Shown here piece by piece: positions 30,992 through 32,000 of a DNA stretch of 32,000 nt. A program made the translations under genes and the position numbers. This stretch comes from Rhodobacter capsulatus SB 1003 (lineage in GTDB: Bacteria > Pseudomonadota > Alphaproteobacteria > Rhodobacterales > Rhodobacteraceae): positions 2,220,001 through 2,252,000 of the forward strand of contig NC_014034.1 of NCBI RefSeq assembly GCF_000021865.1, given 5' to 3'. Position 1 is the stretch's first letter. The number at the start of each line of letters is the position of its first letter. The notes under the pieces are model-generated. The model saw nothing but the letters and a program-made list of their open reading frames with translations, ran no database searches and had not been told where the DNA came from.

Positions 30992-31915
30992 ATGCAGACC
31001 TATACCCACTGGACGGGGCTTTCGCCCGAGGCGCGCGGCGCCTCGGTGGCGATGGGCAATTTCGACGGGGTGCATCTGGGGCATCAATCGGTGATCGACC
31101 TGGCCCGCGGCCGCGAGCCTTTGGGCATCATCACCTTTGAACCCCATCCGCGCGAGGTCTTTGCCCCCGAGGCCGCGCCGTTCCGGCTGATGAATGCCGA
31201 AGCCCGCGAACACCGGCTGGCGAAACTGGGCGTGACGCGGCTTTACGAGCTGCCCTTCGGCCCCGAGCTGGCGGGGATGGACCCCGAGACCTTCGCAGGC
31301 AAGGTGCTGGCCGAGGGGCTGGGCGTCGCCCATGTCACGGTGGGGGGCGATTTCCGCTTTGGCAAGGGCCGCGCGGCGGGCACGGCCGAGCTGATCGCGC
31401 TGGGTCAACGCCTGGGCTTTGACGTCACGGTGGCGCCGCTTCTGCACATCGACGGGATCGAGGTCTCCTCGACCAATATCCGCAAGGCGCTGGCCGAGGG
31501 GCGGGTGCGCGATGCGGCGAAGATGCTCGGTCACCTGCACCGGATCGAGGGCGAGGTGATGCACGGCGACAAGCGCGGCCGCGACCTGGGCTTTCCGACC
31601 GCGAACATGTCGGTGGCGCGGCTGCATCTGCCCAAGCTCGGCGTCTATGCGGTCAAGGTCGATGTGCTGACCGGGCCGCAGGCGGGGGCATACTTTGGCG
31701 CGGCCAGCCTTGGCGTGCGGCCGATGTTTGGCGAAAACGCCCCCAATCTGGAGACTTTCCTGTTTGATTTCGAAGGCGATCTTTACGGCCAGCATCTTTC
31801 CGTCGCGCTGGTCGAGTATCTGCGCCCGGAAATGAAGTTCGACGGCCTGCCCGCCCTGATGAAACAGATGGCAGCCGATTGCGAAACCGCGCGCGAGATC
31901 CTGCGCACAGCCTGA
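30992..31915 (+). CDS. ribF: Bifunctional riboflavin kinase / FMN adenylyltransferase
   Basis: 307 aa. It has the N-terminal nucleotidyltransferase motif GNFDGVHLGHQ, the SSTxIR motif (VSSTNIRKAL) and the C-terminal riboflavin kinase region GDKRGRDLGFPTAN...G.YA. Confidence 0.92.
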   Translation: MQTYTHWTGLSPEARGASVAMGNFDGVHLGHQSVIDLARGREPLGIITFEPHPREVFAPEAAPFRLMNAEAREHRLAKLGVTRLYELPFGPELAGMDPETFAGKVLAEGLGVAHVTVGGDFRFGKGRAAGTAELIALGQRLGFDVTVAPLLHIDGIEVSSTNIRKALAEGRVRDAAKMLGHLHRIEGEVMHGDKRGRDLGFPTANMSVARLHLPKLGVYAVKVDVLTGPQAGAYFGAASLGVRPMFGENAPNLETFLFDFEGDLYGQHLSVALVEYLRPEMKFDGLPALMKQMAADCETAREILRTA

Positions 31916-32000
31916 AGTGACTTCCCTGATGCCCAAATCCGAGTCACCTTTCGCGCGATGAGTAGTAACTTGCGCCCCCTGTTCTGGACCCTGCCGCTGA

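Noticed and set aside
1-32000. Second att site (direct repeat of the tRNA-Gly 3' end, GGGAATCGAACC / GGTTCGATTCCC) that would delimit an island within the window
   Set aside because: I found no second copy longer than about 8 nt by eye. The island extent therefore cannot be stated from this window and needs a computational repeat search.

Overview
High-GC (about two-thirds G+C by eye) chromosomal segment that looks alphaproteobacterial, probably Rhodobacterales-like; that assignment is inferred from gene content only. I support 23 protein-coding genes or gene remnants, one tRNA, and several repeats and hairpins. Left to right: a GNAT fragment, an Hsp70-like protein, a 1028-aa serralysin-type RTX metalloprotease preceded by 28-bp tandem repeats, and a P1B-4 heavy-metal ATPase. 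Next comes a type I secretion operon (ABC with C39-like domain, HlyD-family MFP, SAM methyltransferase). A 923-aa protein made entirely of 114 octapeptide repeats lies convergent to that operon. It is divergently paired with a clear GT41 (O-GlcNAc-transferase-like) TPR glycosyltransferase. Then follows an arsenic operon (ArsR-ArsC fusion, ArsJ-type GAPDH, 3'-truncated arsJ) that abuts a frameshifted, truncated tyrosine-integrase remnant next to tRNA-Gly(CCC). The remaining genes are:
- a RACo-like 2Fe-2S/ASKHA protein
- an Aer-like PAS protein
- an SMR-like / SET-domain / GGDEF-EAL operon
- parE
- a HAD-IIA hydrolase
- a MaoC dehydratase
- ribF

The best candidate for an undescribed system is the block at 7.3-16.7 kb. 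It combines T1SS components, a methyltransferase, the Ser/Thr/Gln-rich octad-repeat protein with no signal peptide, and a GT41 enzyme. All functional links between these genes are inference from adjacency. Most other long ORFs in the six-frame track are GC-driven shadow ORFs.
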